Shown: one piece after another, positions 13,089-24,281 of the stretch
Numbering within the stretch: position 1 is the stretch's first letter
How the letters are laid out: each line of letters begins with the position of its first letter
Origin: Pelomyxa schiedti
Lineage: Eukaryota; Protista; Evosea
Assembly (NCBI GenBank): GCA_020536535.1
Contig: JAHLWZ010000840.1
Coordinates: 1 to 64,000, forward strand
DNA: 64,000 nt
Direction: 5' to 3'
Position numbers and translations under genes: made by a program
Notes under the pieces: model-generated
What the model was told of the DNA's origin: nothing
The model's database searches: none
Seen by the model: only the letters and a program-made list of their open reading frames with translations

Positions 13089-13918
13089 TCATGATTTTGT
13101 TCTGGGGCGTTTTACTGGGAGAGTGGATTTGGGTTCCTCATCCTCATCCTTGGGTGTGGTTGTTGTAGTTGTTGTGGATACTACTGCTTCGACGTTTTTG
13201 GCTTTTGTGGGTGCTTTGGAATTTTTTCCAGCCACCCCAGTTTTTTCTGTTGGTTTTGGTTCCTTGGCTTTTACATCTTCATCGCTGTCATTGTCCTCGT
13301 CAGAGTCAGAGTCCGAGTAATCAGTGCTTTTGGCTTCATCTTCTTCCTCTTTTTCCACTGGGGTTTTTTCGGTACTGACAGGTGGGTCACCGGCTACAGC
13401 ATTGTTTTGGAGCTCTGGCTGAGCTAAAAACTGCTCAATCTTTTGCCTCGTTATCCCTTGTATTTGGCCATTATCCTTTTCATACGTTTGTGAGACCACT
13501 CAGTGGCTTCCGTATTACTCTTTATTTATGTTGTATGTAGGACGAAATTACAAACACACAGGGCCGGTTTCGAAAGTAGCCAAGCAGAACTGAGGAGGAA
13601 TAAGAGCGTTTAACACACTATAAGCATCGCCATCACATTCGCCGTAGCTGCCCCCATTTGCAATGCTACTGAGGGCCTCTTTCACCTGAACATGCACCAA
13701 CAACATGTCAAAATGAGTTTTGATATGCCCACTGAAAATGAAAAGGAGCGCGGCATCCAGCTCACCTTGTTGATGTCCCTGGGTGTTGCCTTCTCCGACC
13801 TTGACTGATGCCACATTTTCTTCACCTGGTCGTTGGTAACTTTCCAATCCGATGGCAGCAGGACGACGGAGGAGCTGCTCGAGCTGTTGCTCACAAACCC
13901 ATGCGAAACCTTCACCAT
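13089..13918 (-). CDS. Hypothetical protein with acidic, Thr-rich C-terminal tail
   Basis: ATG 13918 (MVKVSHGF...), exon chain with GT-AG introns ending ...PVKRPRTKS*; no family recognised. Confidence 0.55.
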
Positions 13919-14078
13919 CTCTATCTGCTCCGGAGGGTATTTATTGTTTTTCGCAAATGACGATGGATCGTGCTCGAAGCGTTTCTTACTTTCTTTGGGT
14001 TCATCGGAACACTTTTTCAAAACAACAGAAACTTCTGCCTTTGCCGTTTGTGGTTTGTTTTTAACAAGTGGAATGAAT

Positions 14079-16540
14079 TTACAAAAATGACATGGTTTGT
14101 GTCTGGCAGCACCTCTTGTTGAGATCATCAGCCATTGTAATGACCTCGGAAGCCAGTGGTTTGGTGTCCAGGGCTGAGGATATGTAGTCCTGCATGGCAA
14201 ACAGATTCTGTTCCTGCTCAGTCATCTTTCGCTCTTGCACAGTGAGTTGCTGATGTGTGTCCATGGCTCGCGTTTGCCTCTCTTGGCTGGCTAATTCGGC
14301 CGCGAGCTGTTGATTTTCTTGCACCAGAATATCTCTCTGACTTGACATCCACAACTGGGGTTGGGGTTTCCCACATTAGATTTTTCAGATAGCAAAAGCT
14401 AAGTAGATACATTTTCGGATGACACTTGTTCTGAGGCCTGGGCTGCTTCTTGACTTAGGGCTTCTGCTTCTGCAAAAGTGTCCATCTCTCTTTTGAGCTG
14501 TGCTATTCGTTCAACCACACTTGTTGTCTCAGTGGTTATGCTCTGCTCCAGTGCTATGAGGTGGTGAGAATTATAGAGAACCAGAGGTTTTGTTGTTTTA
14601 AAAAAGAAAAAAAATACTGGAACGCACACTCTATTTTTTGAACCTGTTGTTGTTTCTGGGCAAGTACAGCGTCCAGGGTTTCATGGGTAGAGTTCTCCTG
14701 ATCAACGAGAGTGACTTTGACATTCAATTCTTCTTGAAGCTCACGTTGTTTTTCTGTACCCGGAACCGTTCCCGCTGTAACGTACTGTTTGCTAATGTGT
14801 TCCAACAGACATAGTATCATTAACTGAAGTTTTGTGTTAGTTTCAGTGATGTCCTGTCTTTTGTTTTCCCCCCACTTGGTCAATTACCAAAAAAAATCAA
14901 TTAAACTCCTACTGGGTTCTATTTGCTTGCTCTAACGTTAGCAGGTTTTCATCATGTCGTTTCTGCAGTTCTGCAATTTTCAATCTCATTTCAGTATTTT
15001 CTTTTGTGTCTTCCATGTGTCTTTCCATTTTTTCCATTTGGTCTCTGAAGTGAAGTTAATGTGCCGTTTAACTCCCCACTTCCACCTCAGCAGTTACCTC
15101 ATGGTGCTTGTTTCCTGCTCCACTCTGTCGAATGCTGTTTGAAGCGCTATTTTGTCATTTCCCAAAAGTTTTATGGCCTGTATGAGGCGATTCTTCTCCT
15201 CGGGAATACTGTGCTGCGCGTTGAATTCTTCTTCTTGAAGATCCTCCAATTGTCTTCTAAGTTTCCCCAGTTCTTCTTGCATACCTAAGAATGCGTTAGT
15301 GTCACAAAAATATCGTAGAAGTGGTGAAAAAAAACCAAGGGCTTGCACTTTGTGAGAGTCTCCTTGCACATTAGACTCTAACTGGTTGCATTGTAGTCTC
15401 TCATCCTCAAGAATGGATTGGAACTGCTTGATTTCATTGATTAGACGGTCATTCTCTTCTTTCATTGAATTGTAGGCTTTTTGCTTTTCGTCACCCATTT
15501 GTTGCAATTCTGCAACGAATTTCTCTTGTAGCTATAGAATATTAGAAAACGAACTCAATGACGACTTGGGACAATGATGTTCCAACCTCTGTGATGCGGT
15601 TTTGAAGGTCGGCAACTTCTTTTTCTTTCATTTCACGTTCAGCAAACAGAGCGTCAAGCTTGGGTCTTCTTGCATTGTTTTCTTGTTCGAGCATCCCAGA
15701 TTCTTTGAGTAACATAGCAGGAGTTACATCAGATGTTGTGCGAAGTTTATCACTAAGATAATTTACAGCAAGTAGTTGCGTTTCTAGTGATCCTTTCTCC
15801 TTTTTTGAAAAAGAGTAAGAAAAAAAATGTGATAGATAGGACCAACTTCTCTTGCAGCAATTAGTTCTTGCTCCAAAGCCATAGATTCTCTTTGTGCTTG
15901 GTCCGCAATATCCAAGTCACTTTGCATGTTTGCTATCTACTCATTGTAAAAGAAAAAAAACAAACAAACTCAATAGCTCCTGTTCCCATAATAACTGCCC
16001 ATACAGACCTCGGCCATAAGCTCAGCAGTTTTCGCCTTGAGGTCCCTTACATATCCGCTGTGGTCGGTCGCTTTCCTGGCGCCGGACGACGTGCCCGGCA
16101 CCATCCCATGCGAGCTCGGCGGCACCCCGTGCTGCGACACAGGCGACACATGCGAGATAGCACCCCCACTCCCAGGGCTGCCTCCGTAGACAACCCCCAT
16201 CCTAGACCCTACACTTGTTTGTTAACAACACAGCACAAATCGCAAATGGCATCAGGCGTCGTGAGTAAGCAGTAGTAAACACAGGCAGGCCAATCACTGC
16301 ACCGAGACACACACGCACGCACGCACCACCACCAACACCACACACATGTCACGCGTGCGTGCATACATACATACCAGTGCGAGAGGAGGACGAGGCGCCA
16401 CTGAGGCCGGCGACCTGCATGGCCGAGGGGGGCCTGGCCGCCGGGGACTGGGCGGACGACAGCGGCCTCACCCCACGCGACGGGGGGCGGCTGCCTAGCG
16501 ACAGCATGATGCTCGGGGCTGCCGAGGGTGGTCGCGACAT
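14079..16540 (-). CDS. IFT74: Intraflagellar transport protein 74-like
   Basis: RPPS-rich N-terminus, PVSQHG...RKATDHSGYVRDLKAKTAELMAE (IFT74 RPVTQQG...DKSYY..LR.K..EL pattern), long coiled coil, ERKMTEQEQNLFAMQDYI near the C-terminus. Confidence 0.8.
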
Positions 16541-16803
16541 GAGTGGCGCACGCTGGCAATTTTCGGTTTTGGATAGTTTTCTTTCGTTTCAGCTAAGCTG
16601 CAGTGTTGGCTGGAAGCTGGGATTGGGTCGGAAGGAGGGTCTCCCTGATCTGATGGGGGTGTGGATAGAGAAAATCCGAGTCCTCCTTCTAGAGGAAGTG
16701 TTCTTGCGTTGGGGGGTACTGAACTCTCTCCCAGAAAAGAAATTAGAGATGCAGATCAGAACAATCTCTCGGAAAACACAAACGAAAAAAGAAAACCCAC
16801 CCA

Positions 16804-19418
16804 ATGGCCACCACCTCCACAAGCAGTAGCAGCCCAACGTCTGTAAGTGCCACGGATGCGCCGACCAAGCTTGAGTCCAGGAAACTGTCCATTCCTGTGG
16901 GTTTTCGGTTTTTTCTTTCTTTTTTCCCCCTGTTTTGTTCTCACCATGAATTGCAGGTTCACAAGTGCGCCATTGAATCTGTGACGGTGTATAATGATCG
17001 TGCAGAGGTTGTGCGGCTTATTGATGCCACCCTTGAAAAAGGTTTTTCCTTGATAGTTTTATATTTCCTCTTTGACAAGGTTTTTTTTTTTTTTAACCAG
17101 GTCAATATGTTGTGTCATTAACTGGCGTGTCTACGGCACTACAGGCTAACTCTGTTCATGTGTCTGGAGGTACAGGAGCGGCTACCATTTTGGAAGTGTC
17201 TAGTATGGTTACCTACGATGAAACTGCTGACACTGCACTCACTAGTGAGATTACTGAAAAAAAAGAGTATATGCCAAAAATGCTTTTCTGCTACTCTAAT
17301 AACCCCAGGGCACTGGAGAAATTGCGCCAGGGCCTTAAAGAATTAAATAAGAAACTGGAAATTGTCAATGTACGTTTTCTATGTCCAATCCCCTTACTCA
17401 ACATGCAACAGAAACAGCAAGCCTGGCTTGATAACTGGGCAGCAAATGTTCACGGTACCCCACAAGTACAAGCCAAGCATGCTGACAAAGGTTACAAAGT
17501 TGACCTCAAAATGAAAAGTAAATTTATAGCACAGACTTCATTTCGGAATCTTACCTTGCTAGCATTAAAACTTTCATGGAGTTTTATACACAACAGATGT
17601 CTTCTGTTTCTCAGCAGAGAGCTTCCCTGGAACGAGAAATAGAAGGCAGGCTACGTTCATAATATGTCTCTTATTTTTGGTTGACACTCAGTAGAAGTGG
17701 AAAATAGACGTAAAATTCTGGAATTGGAGATAAGAGACAGGTCCACATCAGGTTCTACAAGAAAGAATCAAAGGAATACCATTACCATCACACTGATAGC
17801 TGGTGGTGGTCCTGTACTTCTCTTACTTGAGGTTAAAATTATCTTACCTTGATGAAGGTTGTACTTCAAGTTTCTTATGTTGTTAACAATGCAAGATGGA
17901 GCCCGACATACGACTGCCGGGTTGACAGGTTTTCCCTTGCTTTAAACAAATGTAGTTTCTTTCCCATTCTTACATTACCAATAGTAACAGTTCACATGTA
18001 CAACTGTCGTACTATGGTTTGATCACCAATTCTACAGGAGAAGACTGGATTGATGTACGCTCTATTACTCCTTCTCCTAACTGATTATGAAAGGCTCATT
18101 TGACTCTGTCAACTGCCACACCTGACATTGGCGGTGTACCCCCTGAACTACCAACGTCCACAGTGGGAATAAACTACATTCCTCCTTCTAGAGGTTTCTT
18201 TTTCAAAGTTTTTTTTTCCCCCGCTTAGCTTTGGCGAGGTGCCCGCCGCCTCTCCATGACAATGGATGATATGATGTGTGTGCAGACTGCAGCCTTTGCA
18301 TTTTCTGGTAACACAATAGTGCATTCTTTAACTAAGGCTGATGTTCTTTCAGAGGCACCATCAGCTTCTGCAGCCGTAGCTCCGCGGACTCCTGTATCTG
18401 TATGCCTTTTGCAATTTCACACACCCTCTGATGGTAACAGACCCTTGTAACAACTGCCTCGGATTCTGCCGGTTGTGCCACATTCACCATCCCCGTTCCT
18501 TCTACTATAGCCTCTGATAACAAAGAACACAAGGTATCTCCGGCACTCGGTAAAATTTGGTTAAATTTAACAGGTCACGGTTGCGATAATTCCACTGGAT
18601 ACCCGTTTTACCTATACAGTATGTCTTCATAACATTTTCCCTTATCCACCATTCCCCAGGTTGTACCACGTGTCTCCCCATTTTCGTATCTCAAATCAAC
18701 TACGTCCAACAACTCCTCGTTCTTCCTTCTTGCTGGTGCATGCAACGTTTTTATGGACAACAACTTTGTGGCCACTTCATCACTCAAGGTGAAAACACCC
18801 CAATTAATTTTTAAAACTAAACAAGACAGGACGTTTCTCCCAATGAGGAGTTTGCTTTCTTCCTTGGAACAGACAAGGCCGTGAAAGTGGAATATAGTCC
18901 CCCTTCAGAAATGAAAGATCGCGGTGGTGTTTTCAGCCGCTCTAATGTCCAGGTACATTTTTAAGTATCCGAAGTGAAAGTACTGACTGTACTCGAGACC
19001 TGGACAGGGGCTATCACAGTTAAAAACACCAAGACTAAGGAGGTTAAACACAAAACACAAAACAAACACAAAACACAAACACAAACAAGATTGCTGTCAC
19101 CGTTTATGAACAACTTCCAAAATCTTCCGACGAGCGCATCAAAGTTACCCTCATCGAACCCGACGTGAAGGTTTCCTCCATTCTCCTCCATTTCCCTCTA
19201 ACACAGAATCCAGAGGCCTGAAACCAATACAAAGCTGAACACCCAAAACAACCTTGAGATGCGCCATCACATCAAAGCCGGACAGATGCTCAAACTCTCC
19301 TGCAAGTTTGTACATCCATTCCTTACAACCGGCCCCGTTTCTTACTTACTTCGCAACAACCAGGTACACAGTAGAATCCCCCACCTCCATGGAAGGCCAA
19401 CTTCACTACTCCTTTTAG
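16804..19418 (+). CDS. DUF4140 + DUF4139 protein (mucoidy-inhibitor-like)
   Basis: IESVTVYNDRAEVVR; VSYVVNNARWSPTYDCRV; ITNSTGEDW; IASDNKEHKV; LLAGACNVFMDNNFV; VYEQLPKSSDERIKV. Confidence 0.88.
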
Positions 19419-19591
19419 AAACAACAAACATCTACGGATCAAACAAAGGTCCCTCCACCCTAAAAATGGGTACCCGAACAAACCTGATCTTTCGTGAACA
19501 GGAGGTGGTTCCTTTCTTTTTCGGTGTTGTCTGTGACGAACGGCACAAAAAACACAACAACAAGAAAAACAAATACAAACGCAAATCCATC

Positions 19592-21359
19592 ATGCTTGGG
19601 GTTATTAACCTCGCTATAAGGAACCTTGTTGTAGAGAAGTATGGGAATGAGGCCTGGCTAAAAGTATTGGCTGCAGCCAACCTCACACATAGGGGTCCTT
19701 TGAGTGCAACTGCAACAACTGTAGTGTCTGGGGAGTGGCAGAGGGATGAGCAATATGATGACAAGGAGACATTCTCGCTGGTGTTTGCTGTAGCATCAAC
19801 ATTGTTGGTGAGGCCTGTGGATGTGATGATACTGTTTGGCAAGTACTGGATTGAGCAGCAGGAGACAGATGTTGCCTTCAAAAAGATATTGTCAAGTGCA
19901 GGTTGAAGTGCGGCACATCTATTTTTAACGCCTGGAGGCGACTCGATTCTTTTTTTCAAGCCAAAAAGTGGGCACTTAGTAACACCACCTAGGAAGTACA
20001 TTTTTACAATTTCTTCAGAATATCAACCGTCTTCATGTGCAATGTGCAGAGTTTGTTCCTCTCAAGAATCCTTCGTTTGTCTCCATTTCCGTGTCTCGCA
20101 GCAAAACTAATGCAATATTTCCACTTTGAAGATTCACAATTGCATCAGTAACGAGGCGCGGAATTACAAACACACTGCTTCTGCAGTACTCACCGGGAGC
20201 AAAATCACGCCAGGGCCTAGCATCTCTCGTCACTGGGCTGATCCAAGGCACTGCAGCGAGATTTTCCGCAGTATCCAATCTAAGGGTTTACTCTCGGGAA
20301 TTGCATGGGGAGGAATCACTTGAAGTAAGTTTATCACATAGCATATCCTGAAAACACTGTATCATACTATTAATGCAAGAGGGAGGAATTTTTCTATGCT
20401 AGTATTTACCTAATCTGGCTTCCATCTCCTCCTAGTTCCTACTGGTATGGGATGAAGCCCAGAACGACCTCTCATCCTCCAAACCCTGCACCCGCGAGGA
20501 ATCCCCTGAAGTCGACGACCAGCTGATCCTATCATTCCTCAAATCGGAGGGATTCCTCAAGCCCGAGCAAGCCCACCTCCGCTGCCCCTCCCCTCCTCTG
20601 CCCTCCCCGTCCCTCGCCTCAACTCCCACTCCCAGTCCCAGTCCCACTCCCACTCCTACTCCCACTCCCACTCTCACTCCGACTCCCAATCCCACCCCAA
20701 CCCCCAATCTCGATGTCAATCTCAATCCCAGCGCATCCTCTCCCTCATTTTCTCCTACCCCCCCTTCCTGCAGCAGCACATCGGCCTCTACTGCCGCGGC
20801 AACTCCCACGCCAGCAGTGGCAATGAGGATGCCCGTGCCCCGGCCTAGCCCCGGCCCCGCGGCCCAGGCGAGGCAGCGGCGCAGCTCCATGCCCCTGCTG
20901 CCCTCCTCGTACAGCCGCTCCCCGCTGCTGCCCTCCATCGTGGTTTCCCCGTCTTACCCCACCGTGGCCGCCGCCCACCCGCGGGGGGTCTCGCCTCGCG
21001 CCACCACGCGGGCCTCGCCCTCCCCTTTGCTCCCACACACCCCTGTATCGACTACCACGACCACCACCACAGCAACGACTAAGACTGCTACGCCCGCGCA
21101 GACGCAGCACCCCCACCACCACACGCAAACAACACCAACAAACTGTAACAACGTATCCCCAAGTTCGACCGTGGCCCGAGACAGCGCACAACATCAACAA
21201 CGGCAAAACCAACACCAACACCAACAAACGGTACTGTCGCGTGATACGTCGAGATCTCCTCCTCCAGCTGACACTCACTGGCATCACCACCACCAAAAAC
21301 AGACCCCGGCAACCGAAGGGACATCCCGCAGGGGGTCTAAAGTGTGTCTTGTACAATAA
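19592..21359 (+). CDS. Stand-alone H-NOX (HNOB) domain protein with low-complexity tail and C-terminal CaaX
   Basis: MLGVINLAIRNLVVEKYGNEAWLKVL...YDDKET...FGKYW; FLQNINRLH (proximal His); LQYSPGAKSRQGLASLVTGLIQGTA; final exon 20436-21359 open, ending RRGSKVCLVQ*. Confidence 0.85.
20620..20706 (+). repeat. Coding hexamer repeat (ACTCCC-like) encoding a Thr/Ser-Pro run
   Basis: actcccactcccagtcccagtcccactcccactcct... translates TPTPSPSPTPTPTPTP in the H-NOX gene tail. Confidence 0.85.
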
Positions 21360-21548
21360 AAACGAAATGTTGTCTCACCTCTCAGACCCCCGACTCGACT
21401 CTTCGGGCTTCTGATAGAAAAAGCTATCTTGAGGTTCTCAATTGGCGTTTTGCGTCATTTAGAAAAAAAAAAGGCGGAACGGGAAAAAATGCAAAAAAAA
21501 GGCGAAGGAAGGGAAACAGAACAAAAGGAAAAAAAAACCTGATCGGAG

Positions 21549-23777
21549 ATGATGTCGACACCCACAACAGCGGCACCAACAGCCACGGCTGGGTACGAAA
21601 CAACACAAACGTCTACGCTTATTCCTCCCCCCCTCTCTCTTATCGAACGCGAACTTTACCGACGCAAACAAAAAAAAAAAAAATAAAGAAAGAAACGATC
21701 CCCAGCGACCAAGAAGGCACCACGCCCACCACAGATGCCTTCCGAAGGAGTTTTCAAATCACACCTCCCAGTTTTGCGTGTCAGGTTGACAACAGAGGTG
21801 GATGCCAAGACCGTTGAGCCGTTGTTGAAGTCCTCGGGGGCGAAGGTGAGGCGATCGTGTGTCTACTCATTGTGGCCCTTGTATATGTTGTGATTTCTAA
21901 TGCGCTCTGCTTGGTGCCTTTCGCTCATTATTGTTCTGCTTGCAGGAAGTACTCGTTGTGGAGTTGTACGTTTTCGGTCTTTTCGAGACCGCTGAACTTG
22001 CCAAAGCCGCTTTAGAAAGCTTGAGGAAAAACGAGGTGGGTGGCAAAACTCTTAGGGTTGAGCATGCCAAAATCGCCAGGTCTGCATTTTTGGACCTCGT
22101 ACCTTCATTAATAATTTGCAGCACTTACAAATTGAACGCCTGGACATTAGTTTGCCCCTGCTCTGCACAATTTAAACTGGCTCAGAAGGGTGAAGATGTT
22201 TCTGGTAAGCTTTCTTTCACTGCCTATTTTTTCTAAGAAACGAAAAAAAAAAAAAAGCCCACAAGCATTACGAGACATGCGCTCTCCTTCACCCTGTGGC
22301 TAAGACCTCTGAGGGAGCTGTTGCCTTATTGGAATTACTGTTTACCGAGTTCTACAAACAAGTTTTAGTTCTCATGTCAATTGTTTTCTTATGGGTTACC
22401 CAAGATAAGCCTTAAAGACACAGATTACAACAGTCGACACGGCTTCCATGACCAGATCCAACTTCTCCTTTCTCAAGCAGCCGCTAACAATATCCTCCCT
22501 CCCTGTGTGCAAGATTTCTTTGTTGCTTTGTTGATTTACCTTCTTTAGGCATGAGCTTCATTTACGGTTCAGCCCTTGAGGGTACTGTTGTGCCTGGTGA
22601 ACATTTTGAACTTTCAGTCATTAATCAGTCCAACGTTTCAGAGAAACAGCTTCTTCCCGCCCTTCACCAATTTCTCTCCTTTTGTAAGTTGACCGCCATT
22701 TTTCGCCAGTATTCACTTTTCCCAGATTGCCGCCATTTGATTGTGGGACAGACACACGTACCCGCTCTTATTCAAACCCAGCCTGATGGGTATTGGGAAT
22801 CCTCAGTCATTATTTTATTCTTACCTTTCTCTAGGTTCCCCTTCGCTTTTAACATCGTAGTCAATAGAGACATCTGCATCTTCTCGTCTCAACTTATTCG
22901 TGACTACTTCTATCTTGATCGCCGTTTGAAGGTGGAATTATTTTTTTTTCCCCCTAATCTCACGTTTTTCCTCAGCCCCTTGTGGTAGCGTTGAAAACAT
23001 GGGCCCAGTCAATTGGCTTGTTCAATGAAAACAAGTCCTGGCTAAGGTTTCCTTTCCCACCTCTTTTACCTCTTTACAAACCCCACTAATAGCTCTTTCT
23101 GCTTCGATCTTCTCGTTATCTACTTCTTCCAGATCAGGTACCAAATTAAAAACCCATTTTATTTTAATTATTTGCTAGGAACCCAGCGCTTCTTCCTAAT
23201 CTCCAGAAAGACATCGAGCACACAAGTGCCGACCAGTGCCGCGGTGGCTTTGCTGTTGAGGGTGAGAACTGCTTCTGGCGTTCCAGCCAGTTCCTCCCCA
23301 GGCGCGCACCAGACGCAACAGGCAGAGGTGAATTGCTTCTACAGTTGTTCCATTTCTATGGCACAGAGTTCAACTTTGCCAAAAACATGGTAGAATACCT
23401 CCGTCTTGTGTACTTCATTTCTAAAGACCTCCTAGGTAAGCATTCGCCTGGGTGTTGTCAATGCCCCACGACCCGATTCTGCCAAGAAGGTCTGTTGCTC
23501 CACAGTATTTTTCTTCCTTTGTTTGACCGGGTTTTAGGGTGCCCTCTACATTGAAGATCCCTTCCGCCACCACAACTTGGCCGATGGACTCAAGAAAGGA
23601 ATCAACTTCGCGGCTAAGTGCCTCGAGGCACACAACAAGCTCGCTTCTACTGGAGACCTCAAGGCCCTTCTCTACGGGAATGTTACCCCCAAACCAACTC
23701 CAGCACCAACCGCAACAGCGGAAACACCAGCAACCACTCCGGCAACAACAACCGTCGCAACAGCTGACAAGTCTTAA
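21549..23777 (+). CDS. RRM plus non-canonical poly(A)/poly(U) polymerase-like protein (TUTase/Cid1 fold) with PAP-associated domain; degenerate active site
   Basis: RRM-like FGLFETAELAKAALESLRKNEVGGKTLRVEHA; YGSALEG; PLVVALKTWAQ; LSSFCFDLLVIYFFQ; LLLQLFHFYGTEFNF...SIR...YIEDPF...N. Confidence 0.8.
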
Positions 23778-24281
23778 ACCCCAAACTCCCATACAATCCC
23801 AACAATCCAACATACAAACAAACCTACCATCCCAACCAGCAAAATCCTTCTCGCCAATTCCGATACTTGCGTGACTATCCGTATTAGAGGTAGCCACTTC
23901 ACACGACACTAAAAAAAGCCAAACAGAAAGGCCTTTTTTCCCCCAAAATGTTTCCTTCCTTCCGTGGAATTGCATGAAGACGCAGGAAAAGATAGGCACG
24001 AAAGGCACTTCGAAGTAACACGTACTTTTGACGCATTTGGGAATAGCAATCGCCATTGAAGACGCCTCTTGGTAGTTCAATCACGTTCTCAGTGTTCCAC
24101 AGCTGCCGGATCTGGGCACGAAGAACAAACAACAAATTTCCACGGCACTAAAATCCGGGAAAAAAACCCAAACAAAGTGCTTTGTCCCACCTGACCGAGT
24201 AGCCCGACTACAGACTTGGTTACGCGAGCTACACCAATACTACGACGACACTGTTGAAGATCTTATCTCACTCTGTGAAAA

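Noticed and set aside
20432-21356. Long antisense ORFs over GC-rich low-complexity exons
   Set aside because: Shadow ORFs of the plus-strand H-NOX tail; the same applies to those over the TRIM, kinase and RAD54 genes.
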